DNA of 64,000 nt, from NCBI GenBank assembly GCA_010093705.1, contig MU006095.1, forward strand, positions 1,297,623-1,361,622, written 5' to 3'. The stretch is from Patellaria atrata CBS 101060 (lineage: Eukaryota). The position numbers and the translations under genes were made by a program. This document shows positions 50,632 through 61,724 of the stretch, piece after piece (position 1 is the first letter of the stretch; every line of letters begins with the position of its first letter). The notes under the pieces are model-generated. The model worked only from the letters and a program-made list of their open reading frames with translations. It did no database searches and was not told the DNA's origin.

Positions 50632-52806
50632 ATGCTCCGTCTATCAGAAACAACTCGATTGATTCCGAGAAACTCGGCCTATAACCTTCGAAAGATGCGG
50701 TTTCACCGAGCCGCTGCTATAGCCACCATCAGTACGCAATCTCAAACAGCTATAGGCTCTAATCCTAGTACGGACGCTTTCCTATCCAAGGATAAAGACA
50801 TCGAAAACTTTGATCCGGGTTTCAAACATTTAGTGACCAAAGTCATCCAAACTATGAAACAGGAATTTCTCCACAGCTCTAGCGATGCCAACCCGTTTCC
50901 TACAAATAAAGTTCTTAGCAAAGAGGATAACGTCAGGGACACAACAGCTGCTTTCCGACAGTTGCCGACACCTGGGTTTCTGCATCCTACTGCCGCTATG
51001 GAGAGCAAGGCCTTCGGAGAGTTGAAGCCCTCTGGGCGACTTCGAATGTTTAATGAGGAAACGCGTCTGAGAGAGGAGAAGAAAGCACTCGAGGAGCGGC
51101 GTATAAAGCTTCTTTTAGACCAACATAGAGCTGATTGCAAGGCTCAAACCGGTGATCCGTTTTGGCAGGAGATCTCAAAATGGGAGAAGGTTACTCAGGG
51201 GGATTTTTTAAGTCACAAGTGGCAAGTACGTCATTTCAGCATGTCAAGGCACCACAAGAAGTGAAATGAGTGACTACCACTAGAGCCTCTATCATATTCT
51301 GCTCTATTGTTTCACTTGGACCGATCACTAATCAAGACTAGGTTGCCAATGCTGTTTATGAACTTCAAAACATTGTAAAATTCCTGGATTCTGTTCTCCC
51401 TCCTAAGGTTCCTGGTCCGCGTATATCCACTCAACCAACTACATGGATTTCGAAAAGAGATTTCATTGACGACGTCGAAAAGGGCATGCTTCAGACCACA
51501 ATGGCGGTGAAATTGACCCCTTATATACTAAGCCGCATTAATTGGAAAGATCCAGTAGCTGATCCGATCCGAGTACAATTTCTCCCGCTGAGATCGGCCA
51601 TGTCCTTAGATCATCCAATGGTAGAATTGGATTCGCTACATGAGAGGAATGACATGCCAGTTCCTGGACTTGTCCATAGATATCCCGACCGAGTGCTATT
51701 CCTAGGTATGCATAGTGCAACTCCTTATCGTTTTTTCAATACCAATAGTTACGTGTGCTATATTAACCGCCGTATGAAGCAACACATATCTGCCCCCTCT
51801 TCTGCCGGTTTTGTACACGTGCCTACGCGATTGGGCCTAGGACCGAATGGTTCATGAGGCAAGCAGAGGCCGAAGCGATGAAAGATAATAGTGCGACTGG
51901 CTCTAAACGATGGGCCGCAATGTACGATTATATCGAAAAAACACCTGCTGTTAACGATGTAGTCGTCTCCGGAGGTGATGCTTACATGTTAGCATCCAAA
52001 CAGATAAAGAGTATAGGAGAGAGTTTACTATCCATTCCACATGTTAAGCGCATCAGGTTCGCTACTAAGGGGCTTTCCGTGGGTCCTATGAGGTTTCTGG
52101 ACCCAGACGATGACTGGACGAACAACTTACTCGGACTAAATAATCTGGCTAGAGAAGTTGGAAAAGAAGTATACGTGCATACACATTTCAATCATCCCAA
52201 CGAGATCTCGTGGATCACTCAACAGGCAATGCGTAGGCTGCACAGGAAAGGCTTGCGTGTTCGAAACCAGGCAGTCATGCTCAAGGATGTAAACAATAGT
52301 GTGCCGGTGATGAGCGATCTTATCCGCAAACTTAGCGACATTCACATTGACCCCGTAAGTAATTACTCTTGAGAATCCACAATCATCAGAAACAACATCC
52401 AGCTAATTAATGGAAGTACTACGTCTACATCCCGGACATGACACCCGCGATCGAAGACCTCCGTGTTCCATTACATGAGTTTATTGCTATTGAAAAAGCA
52501 ATCATTGGCAGCATCGGAGGTTTCAAGATGCCGAAATTCGTCGTTGATGCCCCTGGTGGCGGCGGTAAGAGGCCCGCCATGAGCTACGAGTCGTATGATA
52601 GAACTACGGGAATTTCGACCTGGACAGCTCCTGGTGCTATGCCAGAAGGCAAGAAAGACAAGGTTTTTACTTATTATGATCCTTTGTGGTCTCTGCCATG
52701 GTTGCAGAAGGGGAATTTCAACCTTCCAAAAGAGCAAGAAATCAAAGAAGAGGTTACAGAGAACTCCGCCACAAACAAATCTGTAGACAAATCTACCACT
52801 GGGTGA
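50632..52806 (+). CDS. KamA-family radical-SAM/PLP enzyme (lysine 2,3-aminomutase-like) with predicted mitochondrial presequence. Introns 51226-51341, 51706-51779, 52355-52416
   Basis: Spliced protein has PGLVHRYPDRVLFL, CPLFCRFCTR (CxxxCxxC), DVVVSGGD, RIRFATK, HTHFNHPNEI, RNQAVML, PYYVY and VVDAPGGGGK (PLP Lys). Alternative upstream ATGs at 50575 and 50608. Confidence 0.9.
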
Positions 52807-53238
52807 TCTTCGGTTTCCTTTCCGTTCTACATTCCTATTTTGGGTTTCTATTCTTTCTGTCTTTGATTGAGGGTATCGCAGTTTGATTGGCATCTGCTCG
52901 CTTGGTGGCTATCTGATTGTTAAACCTGCGTTAAATAGCATTGCCTGGTGGTATTCTGCTGTTCTAATCTCTCTTTTACATATTGCTCTGGCGGATATGC
53001 TCTTATTGTGAGGTAATACTGTTGGTTACACTTAAATATGCAGATCTATCTAAACCATACAAAATCAATCTCATTTCTACAAATTCAGATCATTCTTTTT
53101 TCGTACCGGGGCATGCTTTCCTCCTTGACCTTATTAATCGTCTTTAATAACTCCTTTTTGAGTCACATACATAATGCACCGTTTTTCATGCCAATGTTCG
53201 CTAGACTGTCCCTATCCCTGAATTTTTGACTAAAGCGC

Positions 53239-54240
53239 TCATCCATCGACCTCAATATCTCTAATCTTTCTCTTACCCCCTACACTACTTTCTTGGTTTG
53301 GTTGCGCATCATCATCTCCCTCAGTCCACTCCACAACCTCCCACTCTACACTCATGTTTCCATCCGCAGATGTATGCCCACCTTTCTGGCGCTTCAGGCG
53401 TCCAAGTCGGCTATCCGAGACCAGGGATTCAAACCACGGAGCCCCGAGATACGGTGAATGGTGTACTATTCTTTGAACCGCAGGGAACACCTCCTCTCCC
53501 CTTTCCCTTCTCCTCAAAACCGACTGCTGTTGCCCCTGTTCCTGCATATGTACCTCCTCCCCTCTTTCCCTTTCCCTTTCCCTTTCCCTTTCCCTTTCCC
53601 TTACCTCCTGCTCCACTTCTTCTTCCGCCTCAGATGCTGCTTCGGAACTCAATCCACTCCTTACTCCCAACTCCCTTAACATCCCAACCACATCATCCTC
53701 GTCAACGCTCCCGAGCGTCAGGCTTATCCTCTCAGCGTCCGCTCTTGTTCTTTCATGCCAGCTCGAAAGCTGTGTCCCGCAGTAGCCGCAGAATTGCCGC
53801 AGTGTGGAAGGGGGTGTGTGGAAGGTCCGCCGAATCGTGCGGTGAGTCTCATCGGGGTAGTAGGCGTATGTGCTGCTGTGGTACCAGGAGAGAGGGATTC
53901 GGAGGAAGGGTGTGAAGGGGGTTGCTTGGTGGCGGCCTGTACATCAGACAGGGTTAGCTATTGTTGGGCTTGGAGGGTTGGAGAGCTAGGGAGATGTTGG
54001 GTGTGGGAGGAGCGACGTCCAACGTGGGGGATCAGAGGGGATGGTGTTGGATAGGGAGAGGAAGCGCTGAATATGGAAAGAGCATGTTTGATAGGGAAGG
54101 CGAAATGTGGGGTTTGGGGAAATCGTACGATTAGAGAGACTGTTGTCGATGATGAGTTCGAGGGCTTGCGCCGAGTTTGAGGGAATGCTGACGAGGTAGC
54201 GGTTACGTCCGCAGGCGCAGGAGCCGTGAAGTGTGGTCAT
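53239..54240 (-). CDS. GFA/CENP-V/Mss4-like zinc-fold protein of unknown function. Intron 54128-53937
   Basis: N-terminal LHGSCACGRNRY; spliced exon 2 has LRIPLSWY, YYPDETHRTIRRTF and RQFCGYCGTQL; C-terminal GAPWFESLV and VEWEVVEW. Confidence 0.78.
53565..53600. repeat. (TTTCCC)6 hexanucleotide repeat encoding an Arg-Glu run on the minus strand
   Basis: Read directly. Confidence 0.85.
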
Positions 54241-56889
54241 GATCGTTGGATCTTCCAGGTTGTAAGGTCTCCTCCCGTCGACTGCCGTCATGCAGGTGGA
54301 GGTTACGCGGCGTGGTATGCAGAAGAGTGGATGTTGTGATGGCCTAAGTTGGAATTGAGAGATTGTAAGTGAGTAGTTAGGTCTGGCGACTACTAGGGAC
54401 CGCCATTGAGTGCTTCGTGAAGAGTAGTGCTGGTGTACGGTGTACGATAGCGAGGGGAGAAAATTATACGCGGTAAAGGTGATGTCAAATTGATGCATGA
54501 CTCGCGCGTAGGCCAGACGCTTCGACGCTTTTCCATCTTCATCTCGAACTCTTGAGAACTTGAGCTGCTTCAACACAAACCTACTACGAGCCATCACCAT
54601 TTCCATTCGGGTTGTTCATCTTCTGCTTGACACAGATGGATATGCTGATGTGACGATTCCATTCCGCATAAGAGCTCCCCAAGTGTACTGTACTGTACTG
54701 TACAACGGATAACTCAATTAAGCTCCCCGCGCCTATCACCGAGACACGTTCACAACCCCATACGCGACTTCGAACGTAGTGGATATGTACCATCCCGCCG
54801 AAATAATAAATATCGGACTATACAACTTCTCTATCAATGAGTCTCTACGAGCTGTGTGTTGTAACTTTGTAAGCCTCTATATCGGCAAAGAAAAGCCCGT
54901 GAGCGGCGTAGCTCTCATCGTGTCATGGCTGCAGAGATAGCAGATATTGCAGATACAGACGGTATATTGACGGACTCGTGAATATCCCATTGCGCACCAG
55001 GCTGCCGGTACAGGCGCTCGGGGGGAAACGAAGAATTCTGCAGGCTAGGTCGGTTCCCTCATCACGTCTTCTGTTTCCAGTAGCTCCATATTTGTGTTTC
55101 TTTCTGCTCCAATCCAGTATTCACCTCATTTTCTTTTTCAGTCTATCCTCTTTGTCCGAGATCTAGGGTTTCATTTCTTAGTTCTGTTCGTTTCACATTT
55201 GTTTTTTCATCTGGCTGGTTCTCGTCTTTGCAATGTTTCCTCTTTTGTCCTGTCTTGACCCTGTATTCCGACCGTGGAGTTGGATATTTCCTTGGAACGC
55301 ACATATCACTCTCGCCATCTTTGCAACGACGTCGATAAAAGGTCCTGTACCCCTCGTCACACCGCATTACAGGAGGAAATCCATGGATATATCCGAGTAC
55401 TGTGCCGTAAGATTTACCCACTCCGGCTGGTGGCTCTTCCGCTGGACCTAGGATCGATGCCGGGTCAATCCGAACGTTACTGATAAGCATTGGACGAGAA
55501 TCCTTCAGCGTCCCGTAGGGGTACTATCATGATGCCTTGTTTACGGGGAAGCACAAACTATCTGGCGAGCCTGGTAGATCCCTACGAGTAGCTAAACATT
55601 TGAGGAAACAGGTTCTGAAAATGTCTGACCGGCCGTCTGACCCATAACTGCACTATTTGAAGCAAGGATCGGAACTGAATCTGCGTCCCCGAAAGAACTT
55701 CTTGAACATATATCCCGGGGTCACAAATAAATCTAGGGTGCCTACTCTGATTGTGCCTTGCTTCAGGTAAATGTATTTCCACTGCGGACGGATATAGTCG
55801 TCTATGGGCCTCTATAGTGTGCTCAAACAAATAGTATGTCTTTACTACCTCCTTGCCCTTTCAGTCCAAAGTTGTATAGAATTCACAAAAAGAGCTAATG
55901 TCAAGACCAGGAATCTTTTACCTTAAAACAGCATCTCCGCAAGTCTCTTTCGTACTCCAGATGCAGTGGCGTGATAGGTGGTAAACGTAACCAATACATC
56001 CACACCGAAAAGTTGCCCCTCCTGCTTCGACTATCATTGGGGAAGGTTCCTCTACTCCGCACAAGGGGGGCAATCAGTTTGCCACCGGCTGTGACAAACT
56101 ACCACACGCCTCGGCAGCTGACGCGTAGGGCTTTGCTGCTCTCCTCGACTTTTATACGTGGAAGTCTTTGTCCTGGTACCGCACGCAAACCCCTTCAAGC
56201 TCATGCGATTTTGAAGTAGTTCGTCCTCCCTTCTTACCATTTTCCGGCTTTTCTGTCTTTTCTAGGTAACATCTAGGACCTCTAAACTGACTGTGCTCTT
56301 GAAGTTCCAAAACTCAGTTGCTATTATCCCTCCTCTTCAAGTTATTCTGCAGATCATTCCCATCAAGCATTATCTTCATAAGTATTTTTTACAACATGTA
56401 TAGACACCTTGTTCAGAAACTTAATTTGTCTAGAGTTAAGCATGTTCAGCAAACTACAACATTCATGGCTGGGATGTTGCTTGAACTTTCCGTATCCTAT
56501 GTCGCTTTTGGACTCTGTCATAGAACAAACTCCTAAATTTCCACACGGACACAGCACGATCTGGATCACCTTTGCAAATTGAATGATAGCTGTAATAGAT
56601 TATACATGGTATTTACACTGTGTTACCATTAGATACTAAGTAACGACTTGTGCATTGTTCTCATACACGGCCGTAGAGCACAGTTTGACCACAGTGAACT
56701 CCCACAACATTTTGTGTACGAACTGAGCACTCGCAATTCTTCTTTAAATCTCTGTCTATGCAACAACGTCTCCGTATATTCTTCCCCATCGATTTTTCTT
56801 AATCATAACCTACACATATTTTCACAATCACCTACACAACCTCAAACATCTACATCAACACCAACAACTAAATACCTACCCTCCCAACG

Positions 56890-57360
56890 ATGGATCAAAC
56901 TCCCCGCTCGACGATGGAACAAATGGAAGAACTATCTCGACTCTTACAAAACGCTTGGGCCCTTCCACAAGGGCAAACTCCTCACAACCGGATCACCGAA
57001 ATCCCCTTACCCCCACCGAACACACCGAGTACACAAACAACGGACGGCCTCGCTCTCGAACCCCCCTTTGCTACACTAACACTACAGCCCAACAACGATA
57101 GCAAGGCTCTCGAAACAGCTCTAAACGCGCTAACCCTAACTAGCGACAGGAACGCCTGCTATACCTACACATACATCGGGAGCTGCGGCCATGAGGACAA
57201 GCACTGTGCTCGCTGGGATATGTGTGGAGAGAGTGATTGCACCCATGATCATACGCTGATTGTTAGAGTACAGTTGCCGCATTCCTGTGAGGAGTGTCTC
57301 CAGGTTCGGATGACTCTGCGACGTGCGTATGACGGTATGTACATGGATCGAGGACAGTGA
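56890..57360 (+). CDS. 156-aa hypothetical protein with C-terminal C-x8-CGH...CxxC putative zinc-binding domain
   Basis: Intronless ORF after a C/A-rich leader (56820-56889); contains CYTYTYIGSCGHEDKHC..C..C..CEEC. Confidence 0.6.
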   Translation: MDQTPRSTMEQMEELSRLLQNAWALPQGQTPHNRITEIPLPPPNTPSTQTTDGLALEPPFATLTLQPNNDSKALETALNALTLTSDRNACYTYTYIGSCGHEDKHCARWDMCGESDCTHDHTLIVRVQLPHSCEECLQVRMTLRRAYDGMYMDRGQ

Positions 57361-57948
57361 GTTGAGCTCGATGTGACTTAAACTGATTGCTGGATTGTGA
57401 GTGTGGTGAGATCGTGTCATCTACTGATTGTGAAGCGTGATAATAGCATTGAAATTCCTTGGTTTCTGGGAGTAAAATGTGTACGAATGGTCATTTCCTT
57501 AGTTTTGGATGGCTGTTTGTTTTTGGGACCCCTTCATTAGAACTGGAATGAATGTTTAATGGTACTGTATACACCTACCATACTCCCGAGAACGTTTTTC
57601 TTGCTAGTCTACTATGTGTGTATGTTGCAGTTGTTCAAAGTGTTGAAGAGCTTATACCCAACTGCGTCGTACCTTACTTCCTTGGACATTGACCTGGGGT
57701 AAGTATCCAAACCCATAGAACTTAATCATCGGCCACTACAGATCTCATATCGGTAATGGGTACGTAACACAAGACTTCAGTGGCCAGAAAGTACGAAGAT
57801 GAGGCCGGAACCAATTCACTTCAATGGAATGAAAAAACGTCACACTAGAGTACAAGTGTATACAAAAGTCGCGTATAGAGTGCAATATATAATAGATAAA
57901 TTTTATCGTTTCTTTGGGTTACAATTCGCATGTGCTACGTTTTACAAC

Positions 57949-58054
57949 GATCCTTTCCCCTCCCCTAAGGTCGCTCCTTCCCCCTTTCCTAAGGTCGCAC
58001 CTTTCTTCTTTCTTACGGTCACCCCTTCCCCCTTTCCTACGATCGCTCCTTTCC
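57949..58054. repeat. Degenerate 24-bp minisatellite, about 4.4 copies (consensus GCTCCTTCCCCCTTTCCTAAGGTC)
   Basis: Units start at 57949, 57973, 57997, 58021 and 58045. Confidence 0.8.
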
Positions 58055-61000
58055 AACCAGGACATATTAAACGTTGGACCCGCCTTCCGGCTTTATTCTT
58101 TCGGGAGGGCCTTAAATTCAACATTGACAGAAACTGCTAACGCTAAAACTGCTGTGAACATGCGGTCAAGATGGGCCATCCGTCGGTGTACTTGAATCGA
58201 TGTGCCGCACGCGAGAGGATTGAAGCCATTTTCTTTCTTGATTACATGTTATACTTTTGATCGCTTTTTCTTTTATCATTCTCTTCTTGTTAGGTGGAGG
58301 TGTGAGACCTCTAGCTAAAAAAATGAGAAGAGGGAGATGTAGAACGGTATATAGTAATACTGATTGTCAAATGATATAGTTCTCTTTAGCTTTCTACATT
58401 TGGTGCCGAGAAACCGATGAGTTCATACTCCGTAGAGTCGATCTCTTACCTTCACTAGAATTGTACTTATTCGCAGAATGATCCCACAAGCTCCAACGCA
58501 GCAGTACTATTAGGGGATTGAAGAATATTTGAGCAGGCGTGAACGTTTGTGATACCCAAATTTGTTACTAGCAGCGGATGGTGAAAGCATGTACTATCCC
58601 AGTACTCGCCCAGTCAAGGTCCGACGGTGATATGCTCCATCGGAAAGACAAGGTCCATTCCAATGCAGTACCAGAATATCTAACGAAATAGAGTTTGGAG
58701 ATCTAAGTATACTAATAGAATACCGAACCGGATAGCCTCTAGAGATATATCCTTAGCTCCTAATCAGTATTGAGCAGATGCTCAAGGAGATCGACCTTGA
58801 TATGACATTCCTGAATGTCTCCGTTGATCAGCAAATGCCAGAACCATTGAAAGGGGTTCTTGTGGAGCCGGCCCACGAGAGAATCCTTGTGAACTGCGTG
58901 GGATAGAGAATTTTGGGTTTAAAGGTCAAGTGTGCAAAACCTTGAATTTCCACAGTAAGTGAATATTCGCAATATTTGCTGTTGATTTGAGTAATGAAGA
59001 TAAGGCAGTGATGCTGTATGAGTCGGTGAATCGCTCCGCTCGATCTTGCAACAGGATTTGATAGTAATTGAGACGCCGGCCATGAACCCGGCATGCAAAA
59101 TCGGACCTCAAGCTGAAGTGGGGATGATCGTATCTGCCCTTCGTCACAGTGGGGATTCCCTGGTCTCGATACCCCCTTCAGACTTTCCCTTGTCTGTACG
59201 AGCAAGCCAGAGCTCTGCTTTAACTATCGGCGTATGGTAAGGGAGGATTGACTTGAGGCGCAGTCGACACGAGCAAGTTCGTGTCATCATGGTAAGGTGG
59301 AAAGCGCAATTAGAGAACGTTTTTCGTTTCACGATCGGACTGAATCAGGCATCTTTTGTTATTGCAACTACACTCCTATCCTTTGAAGGGTAATAGAGAA
59401 AGAGTCATTATAAATTTGAAGCGAGTAGCCGAGTGCATCCTTAACTTGACATGCGCAGATTATCGGGAGAATTCCTTACACCAGGGGATTGGAATATGAG
59501 GATATGTAGCGGAATGACCCGAATCAGTAAGCAACAATGGCACATTGTGAACTTAGTGTTTTATCGAACTTCTTCGCATCATCCGAGCACGTTTCTTGCG
59601 CCTTGGAAGTACGGACACGAAGTCCCAATACGGCGACTCGATCGGGCAGCGGAAGATGCCCGCTAAGGTAGCCCTGCACGTACTCGGTATTAGGCTTCCA
59701 TATTGCACATAATAATAATAGTTGATAGTAGGTAGTCATTCTGAGGCATGTCTACAAAATTTCTTGAAAATCTTTACTATTTTGGATGCGCTGAAAACAG
59801 ACCATTGCTTTACGGGCGTCCTGTTGAAATATTTTGATCCATTTTATGTCCTATTTTAGGTGAAACGTTCCAAAAGGTTGCCCAGAAAACAGTCTTTCGC
59901 CACGTCCTAAGCAGGATTCTTCAGGTTCTCTTGGAAGAAAGATACCTCGATGATTTGATAATTCAACTGGGAGAAGAAAAGCAAGAAATGTTGGATTAAG
60001 GTGCGAAGAGTGGATATTGTTAGTAACACCAGATAAACAGATCAGAAATGAGGGAATTAACATTTGACTAGTTTATGAGTTGACACTAGAGGACGTTCGT
60101 CCAAGTAAGAAATGAATAAAGTCACTGTATTGCTTAATGGTTTAAATGGCTGAGAGACTGGAATTCAACAAGATCTTGGAACAAGACGAAGCCCAACCAC
60201 GATCCTGACTCGCTAAAGAAAGCTTGATTCAGATAAGTTCCTTGATTACCATATTTTGAGCAAGAACAGCGGATAGGGCGGCGGGACATCTAAACGTTTA
60301 TACGAACAGTACAGCTTTAGCGGGGCCTCGGATCAGTCGGGCATCTGAGGTATAGACTTTGTCCTAAGTCACTTCGCAGCGAGCTGTCCATATTGGGTAA
60401 TCCTTGTAGTGTCGATACTTATCATTTGTTGGAGTCTACAGTATGCCATCAAGTGGAGAGATTTCGATCAGCAACTCACAGATGGGAATCCTCAGATCAG
60501 ATCATTCGTGTTTTATGTACCGCATTACCAACGCAGACGGGAGTGTTCCTTCTTGGAATAACTGAATGTGACCCACTCGTTATCGAGTCAAGTCAAGATG
60601 TTGGCGGTTCAGAAACGAAAGTCAATGACTCTTTCGAGTTCGACATTGGAGTGCAGGAACAAAAGCAGGCTCAGTTTAGGCTCTTTCAGCCTCCATGAAT
60701 GAAAATTATTGAAGGCGGTCTACCAGCCATCAAAGAAGACAAAAGTTGACATGCGTGAGACAATGCTGCAGAATAATGCCTGTTCAAAATGATGAAAATG
60801 CAACCAAGACTGGACGACAGAAGTTGCATGTGGCGCGAGGAGGAGGAGGAGGAGAGGTTTGAGTAGGGTGAAAGAGACGGGAGTAAAGAGGAGTAGTCAT
60901 GGAGGAGTTTTCCAATGAAGAAACATACCATTCCTCTTTAGGCCTAACGCGGCTTATTTTTGGCATGACCGTTCGTGTTCAACCATCCGTGCATATCCAT

Positions 61001-61724
61001 CCCGACGTCTTCGCACCAATCGTCATCACGACGGAGAACAACGATGCTACTCATGCCACTCTTCCCGCTCCCTGACAACCCGTATACCAGTACTCTAGAG
61101 GTACCTAGTTCACTATACACAAAAGTCTTACGAATGCGATGTACCCGAACCGTACTTCCTCATAGTCCGTCTCTTGAGGAGTGAGTCTGCATCCTAGCTT
61201 TCGCTCGTCATATTGCTGAACAAGGCCTACCAACGGCGTAAGGCTTTGCAGTAGCCTTCGTATTACAGTGGCATCCTGGCAATTGCCACTACCTTTCAAC
61301 ATGTAGAATATGGACTACGGCTGTGCTCGCATCGCATACCCACACCTCACACCGTACGGCAAGAAATTGCCCTAATCGATTGGAAAAGCTGACTCGAATG
61401 ATACGGTCACATCACGAATGTCGACAGACTCAGATCATAGTAGCTATCTAGCGAATATTGGCCGAGAATGCTCTAGCAAGATGATATCAGTTCATGGTTA
61501 TAAGTATTGCTTTCTCCACTGTCATCACTTCTCATCTCTATCAAGCAAAATCAATAAAGGAACATCTCCCCCCTTTCACATTCGCTTTTCATCTATTTCT
61601 TCAGAGAATCATTCGTTTCTTCTCTGTAAAAGTCTGTCGCTCTAGATAAAATTCTAACGACATCAATAATTACTCTCCCCTATTACACTCGCTTACCAAG
61701 GCCGCACCGACAAAATCTACCGAT

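Noticed and set aside
43588..52806. Functional coupling of catalase with the oxygen-sensitive KamA-like enzyme
   Set aside because: 4.7 kb apart, likely different compartments, and adjacency alone is not evidence without conserved synteny.
55143..55830. Short ORFs on both strands
   Set aside because: No motifs, splice structure or coding bias that I can support.
57130..57140. CTAACCCTAAC, matching a telomerase RNA template or telomeric seed
   Set aside because: Lies inside a plausible ORF, and I see no pseudoknot or CR4/5 nearby; a Pezizomycotina TER covariance-model search would settle it.
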